A stretch of DNA of 62,771 nucleotides, taken from an uncultured Bacteroidota bacterium. GTDB lineage: Bacteria; Bacteroidota; Bacteroidia; Chitinophagales; Chitinophagaceae. The position numbers were made by a program, and so were the translations under genes. Location: the NCBI GenBank assembly GCA_903875055.1, contig CAIQUX010000247.1, forward strand, positions 1-62,771. The letters run 5' to 3'. This document shows, piece by piece, positions 58,511 through 62,771 of this stretch. A model generated the notes under the pieces. That model saw only the letters and a list, made by a program, of their open reading frames with translations, made no database searches and was not told the DNA's origin. Numbering within the stretch: position 1 is the stretch's first letter; each line of letters begins with the position of its first letter.

Positions 58511-59749
58511 TTAGATATCAAGCAGCAATTTGGCAGGATCTTTCCCGGCCAAGAGAAGCAATGGGTTTTCAAGGAGTTCTTTGACACGCACCAGAAATCC
58601 GACGCTTTCCCGGCCGTCTATGATACGATGATCATAGCTTAACGCCAGATACATCATAGGCCGAATCACCACCTGACCGTTTATGGCCATAGGTCGGTCC
58701 TGAATCTTATGCATACCTAAAATCGCCGATTGAGGAATATTGATAATGGGAGTGCTCATCAAGGAGCCGAACACACCACCGTTGGTGATGGTAAAGGTTC
58801 CTCCGGTCATCTCTTCGATACTGAGTTTGTTCTCTTTGGCTTTTGTTGCCAGTTCAACCACTGCATGTTCGATCTCTGGCATACTCATGCTTTCGGCATT
58901 GCGTATTACGGGCACTACCAGTCCTTTAGGCGCGCTGACGGCAATGGAGATGTCGCAATAATCATGATAGATCATTTCATCGCCATCGATATAGGCATTC
59001 ACGGCTTTCCATTCCTGAAGCGCTATGCAACAGGCTTTCGTAAAGAAACTCATGAATCCTAATCCGACACCATGATAGGTTTTGAAGGCATCCTTATACT
59101 TGTTTCTCAATTCCATGATAGCGCCCATATCCACTTCGTTGAATGTGGTGAGCATGGCAGTACTGTTTTTAGCTTCGACCAATCGACGGCTGATAGTTCT
59201 GCGAAGATTACTCATCTTCACTTTGTTCTCATCGCGATTATTAAGTCTTGTACCGGGAAGAGTACCAGGTTTTTCAAGGGCCGAAAGGACATCATTTTTT
59301 GTAATACGTCCCAATGAACCGCTTCCTTTGACATGATGGACATCCATATGCTTCTCAGCAATCATTTGTGAGGCAAGCGGAGTGGCTTTGGGTTGAGGAG
59401 CAGCCACCGGAGCAGCGGCTTTGGTTTCAGGAATATTAAAATCAAGTGTAGGAGCCACAACCTTCACTTCTGCTTTGTCGGCTACGGGTTCAATGGCCGG
59501 TGTTGAAGGTCGTGCTGCCTCTGGGTCTATCTTACAGGCCACATCACCAATTTTCAGATCGTCGCCTTCCTTTGCTACCTGAATTAATATACCGGCTTGT
59601 TCGGCATTCAATTCAAAAGTTGCCTTTTCACTTTCAAGTTCACAAAGCACTTCATCACGTTCTACCCAGGCACCATCGGCTTTCGTCCATTTGATCAGGG
59701 TGACTTCGCTGATACTTTCGCCAACAGGAGGGACTTTCAATTCTATCAT
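58511..59749 (-). CDS. sucB: 2-oxoglutarate dehydrogenase E2 (dihydrolipoyllysine succinyltransferase)
   Basis: N-terminal lipoyl domain (ELESEKAT), Ala/Pro linker, and a catalytic domain with [11 protein letters not shown]. Confidence 0.9.
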   Translation of the reverse strand: MIELKVPPVGESISEVTLIKWTKADGAWVERDEVLCELESEKATFELNAEQAGILIQVAKEGDDLKIGDVACKIDPEAARPSTPAIEPVADKAEVKVVAPTLDFNIPETKAAAPVAAPQPKATPLASQMIAEKHMDVHHVKGSGSLGRITKNDVLSALEKPGTLPGTRLNNRDENKVKMSNLRRTISRRLVEAKNSTAMLTTFNEVDMGAIMELRNKYKDAFKTYHGVGLGFMSFFTKACCIALQEWKAVNAYIDGDEMIYHDYCDISIAVSAPKGLVVPVIRNAESMSMPEIEHAVVELATKAKENKLSIEEMTGGTFTITNGGVFGSLMSTPIINIPQSAILGMHKIQDRPMAINGQVVIRPMMYLALSYDHRIIDGRESVGFLVRVKELLENPLLLLAGKDPAKLLLDI

Positions 59750-59865
59750 AACGATTCTGTATAAATATTTAAGTGGGGCAAATTTCGATTAAAATACTGA
59801 CAATAAAAATATTCAATTGGATAGAAGGAAATGGCCACGAACTGACATCGGTTCCCATAAAAAGA

Positions 59866-59898
59866 AAGAAGCCACTGCAAAATCTTGAGTGGCTTCTT
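59866..59898 (-). terminator. Terminator hairpin downstream of the T9SS/PKD protein gene
   Basis: 11-bp stem AAGAAGCCACT / AGTGGCTTCTT with an 11-nt loop. T-rich tracts lie on both sides, so it could act in both directions. Confidence 0.75.
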
Positions 59899-59921
59899 TT
59901 GTTTATCGTACAATGAAATGA

Positions 59922-61808
59922 CTATTCCTTGATAAATTTAAATGTATGCTGTTGACCATTCACTGATACTTCCGCAAAATAAAATCCAGGAGCAAGCGAA
60001 GATGCAGGTATTGAAATTGTTTTATTATTTGTAGAATTAATATATGTAAGTAATTTCTCACCAAGATAATTCTTTATCGAAATACGATCGATGATTTGAT
60101 TAGTAAAGCTGAGGTTTAAGAAATCATGAACCGGATTCGGATAATAATTCAAATTAGCATTGCCTGACAAGTCAGTAACACCTTGTGGGCCTACTACAAT
60201 CACCTTCGATGTTGTATCGTTTTTGCATCCTGTTCCTGCAATCACTAAAGTGACCGTATAAGTTCCAGGGGCGGAATAAGTATATGTTGGATTTTGATTT
60301 GAACTACCGTTCCCGTCACCAAATGTCCATATCCAAATGGTTGCTGTTGTAGAGCTATCAATGAAATTAAACGAATTTCCTGTGTTTGTATAGCCAAATT
60401 TAGCGTGAGATGCCGGCCTTGTGACAATATGAATGGTATCCGTGCTCTTGCATCCTGATGCATTGGTAACCTCAACAGACATCGCAATATTTGTACTTAC
60501 ATTAAATGTATCTCTTCTTGATGTCTTCCCGTCACTCCATAGATAGGTAGCTCCAAACGCATTAGTTGGAAGAGACGTTAATATAACCTGAGAACCCAAA
60601 CAAACTGTATCACCTGGACTTGCTGTAATAGTGAAACTTGTTCCACTGCTGACTGTTATATTGACTGCTGCTGTATCTGAACATCCGGTTGCAGCGGTTC
60701 CTTTTACTATATATTGTGTGCTGGTTGTTGGTGCTGCCAACGCAGAATCTCCTGCTGTTGAAGTGATATTTAATCCTGTTGTGGGTGACCATGTATATGT
60801 CAAGGCACCTGAAGCCACTAATTGAACTCCTGCAGTACCTGTGCAATACACCGCCGATGTAGGACTCACATTCACAGTTGGAGGAACTGTTGCTGTTACG
60901 ACCACACTATCAACTAACGTAGTATCTGAAAGTCCAGAGTATGAGCAATTGACAATACATCTGTAAAAGGTTGTGGCAGTAATTGTTCCTGTATTGGCCG
61001 TAGGTGAATTAGTGCCGATGGCCGTCCATGGTCCAGTAGCTGCCGTTGCTTTTGACCATGCGTAGGTGATACCTGAGAACCCGATAATTGGTGCTGTAAG
61101 ACTTAATGCGGTTGAACCAGTTCCTCCGCAAATCAGAGAATTTCCGTTTACAATAGTTCCGACATAAGGTGATCCGGTGCAAACAACCGGAAACTCATCA
61201 AATGAAATATCATCTATATAAATATAAGCACCTTGATTTACAACGGCACATTGACTGGTTCCTTCGAAAATAAAATGTGTGTTCGTACCGGTAAATGCGG
61301 CCGGAATCGGAAACGTATATTGATACCATCCGTTTACATGTTGAGTATCAGGAAGCGCTATCGTCCTGTTACGAGCTATAACACCCAGTCTTACTGCTGT
61401 TGAAGTTATAGTATCTGTTGAATTTACCCAAATTGTCAAACTATCCTGATTCGCAGCAACAAGACTGTCTCTGTACATCCATAAACTTAGATTTGCTGCA
61501 CTTGATCCACGATTTGTGTAATCAATTGGGCGGCTAACTAAAAGCTGTTGTCTACCTGCTGCAAAACTTCGACTTTTAAAGCGGGCTACAGCAGGGGCAC
61601 TATGAGGTGTGGCTGTCGGATTTGTAAGTGGAGTTGTTTGACGGTTCCACACATTTCCAGCAAGCGTTGCACTTGAGTCAGGTTTGATACTCCAACCTGT
61701 TGGTGGCCATGTGGTAGCGTTAAAGTTTTCGGTACTTACGATCTGGCTATGTCCGAAAAAGGAGCCAAGACACAAGGCGATTAAAAACAAGATAGATTTT
61801 TGATTCAT
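59922..61808 (-). CDS. T9SS-sorted surface protein: choice-of-anchor-J-like N-domain, Ig-like repeats, PKD domain
   Basis: Signal peptide; ENFNATTWPPTGWS...IYIDDISF N-domain; PKD motif WTFGDGNGSSNQNPTYTYSAPGTYTVTL; C-terminal YYPNPV...sorting domain. Confidence 0.8.
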   Translation of the reverse strand: MNQKSILFLIALCLGSFFGHSQIVSTENFNATTWPPTGWSIKPDSSATLAGNVWNRQTTPLTNPTATPHSAPAVARFKSRSFAAGRQQLLVSRPIDYTNRGSSAANLSLWMYRDSLVAANQDSLTIWVNSTDTITSTAVRLGVIARNRTIALPDTQHVNGWYQYTFPIPAAFTGTNTHFIFEGTSQCAVVNQGAYIYIDDISFDEFPVVCTGSPYVGTIVNGNSLICGGTGSTALSLTAPIIGFSGITYAWSKATAATGPWTAIGTNSPTANTGTITATTFYRCIVNCSYSGLSDTTLVDSVVVTATVPPTVNVSPTSAVYCTGTAGVQLVASGALTYTWSPTTGLNITSTAGDSALAAPTTSTQYIVKGTAATGCSDTAAVNITVSSGTSFTITASPGDTVCLGSQVILTSLPTNAFGATYLWSDGKTSRRDTFNVSTNIAMSVEVTNASGCKSTDTIHIVTRPASHAKFGYTNTGNSFNFIDSSTTATIWIWTFGDGNGSSNQNPTYTYSAPGTYTVTLVIAGTGCKNDTTSKVIVVGPQGVTDLSGNANLNYYPNPVHDFLNLSFTNQIIDRISIKNYLGEKLLTYINSTNNKTISIPASSLAPGFYFAEVSVNGQQHTFKFIKE

Positions 61809-61995
61809 GCTAATGAGTTTATGTTAGTTGAAGATGAAAGCGATATTGCTTACGGTTTCAAAAGTAGGGCAAGAATATATTAAATGGTAACAATGCCGTA
61901 ATGTGAGCACCCATCCATGGACTAATTGCTGCGTAGTAATTGATTTTAGAGACGAAGTAATCCATCTTGGGAAGCACTGACACAATCCCAGGCGA

Positions 61996-62745
61996 CTATT
62001 TATCGAGAAAAGCTGCTATTTCAGGCAGGGAGTCATACAATTGTTCGAACGAATCGATTACAAAATACTTGTCCTGCAATATATCCGTCCTGTAAGGCGT
62101 GTTCAGGATGGTGGCCACATCAAAAGGCAGATGGGTGGTCTTTTCACTCAGACAATGTTCCGTCTCTCCCTTGGAAGAAATAATACCGGCTCCGTAAATT
62201 TTAAGTTTGCCTTGCTCTCTGATCATCCCGAATTCGATCGTAAACCAATATAACCGTCCCAACAGATCTATCTTGTCCTGATTGTCGATATGTTTCAGGG
62301 CTATATCGCTCATACCTTTAAAGAAGTCGACATAGGGCTGATTCGAAAGCAAGGGCGCATGTCCGAACACATCATGAAACATGTCAGGCTCTTCCAGATA
62401 ATCGAGTTGGTCCATACTGCGGAGCCAGCAGGTGGCGGTGAATTTCTTTTGAGAAAGGAATTTGAAGAAGGTGGGGGTGGGACTGATATTCGGTACCACT
62501 TCAAGACTCCATCCTGTCAAAGGTTGCAGGATATCGGCCACTTCACTGAAATCAGGTATGCGCTCATTGGTGAATCGGATGGTCTTGATGGCATCGAGAT
62601 AGGCCGCCGACACATTGGGTGTGAGTATATTCATCTGACGGTCGTACAAGGTTTTCCAGACAAGGAAATCGTGTGGTGTGTACTCGGCATAAATCTGTTC
62701 GGTGGGGCGTTTGACCAAAGTTTCTGTTTCGTGATGTGTGTTCAT
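61996..62745 (-). CDS. phhA: Phenylalanine 4-hydroxylase (pterin-dependent aromatic amino acid hydroxylase)
   Basis: EPDMFHDVFGHAPLL iron-ligand motif, WFTIEFG, GAGIISS.GE. Confidence 0.9.
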   Translation of the reverse strand: MNTHHETETLVKRPTEQIYAEYTPHDFLVWKTLYDRQMNILTPNVSAAYLDAIKTIRFTNERIPDFSEVADILQPLTGWSLEVVPNISPTPTFFKFLSQKKFTATCWLRSMDQLDYLEEPDMFHDVFGHAPLLSNQPYVDFFKGMSDIALKHIDNQDKIDLLGRLYWFTIEFGMIREQGKLKIYGAGIISSKGETEHCLSEKTTHLPFDVATILNTPYRTDILQDKYFVIDSFEQLYDSLPEIAAFLDK

Positions 62746-62771
62746 TTTTAGTGGTTTTTAGGTATAAAAAA

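Noticed and set aside
58511-59749. sucB has no adjacent sucA. The upstream gene on the same strand is a T9SS surface protein with its own terminator.
   Set aside because: Gene order for the 2-oxoglutarate dehydrogenase complex varies between lineages, and sucA may simply lie elsewhere. There is no evidence of anything unusual in the E2 sequence itself.
1-62771. Searched by eye for CRISPR arrays, rRNA, transposases, integrases, restriction-modification, toxin-antitoxin or other defence modules.
   Set aside because: None were seen. All ORFs over 150 aa are accounted for by housekeeping, transport, envelope or the unknown proteins listed above.

Overview
This is a chromosomal window from an AT-rich Bacteroidota genome. 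Supporting signs are T9SS C-terminal sorting domains, CarboxypepD_reg-type TonB receptors, DUF6089 and DUF4270 proteins, and the panC / short glgA-like / DUF4270 / glmS synteny. All protein calls rest on motifs I recognise by eye; no database search was run.

Layout:
- 1-9.3 kb: S10/spc ribosomal protein operon (rpsS partial, rplV ... rplO, secY, map). It stops at map, with no infA-rpoA block.
- 9.6-18.3 kb: poorly characterised genes. These are a PH-domain membrane protein, a SulP transporter, DUF3820, DUF6089, a 673-aa secreted helical protein, a 2OG-Fe(II) oxygenase, an orphan LytTR response regulator and a 287-aa unknown protein.
- 18.5-31 kb: phosphate-acquisition island. It holds a TonB receptor, a T9SS surface protein, an OprO/P-like porin, pstSCAB, a DUF47/PhoU-like gene and PiT.
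- 31-35.7 kb: FadL-like porin, GDSL lipoprotein, and a LytS-type kinase with a LytTR regulator.
- 35.7-48 kb: housekeeping genes (GNAT, mqnD/mqnB, PTPS-folE-SDR, scpA, GT4, panC, glgA-like, DUF4270, glmS, pfkA).
- 48-62.8 kb: DUF6089 paralog, polytopic membrane protein, darB-darA, fused ABC ATPase, DUF218, kynA, tRNA-Ser(UGA), lipoprotein, rsmB-like, sucB, a T9SS/PKD protein and phhA.

I saw no rRNA, CRISPR array, transposase, integrase or recognisable defence gene.

The most interesting signals:
- A TTGGTAA direct-repeat array with identical 22-bp phasing lies upstream of both the pst operon and the unknown-gene/TonB-receptor operon. The second copy sits next to the orphan LytTR regulator, which suggests an undescribed shared regulon.
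- The TonB receptor and beta-helix-like surface protein pair is attached to the Pho island.
- A stand-alone darA-darB pair is followed by an uncharacterised membrane protein.
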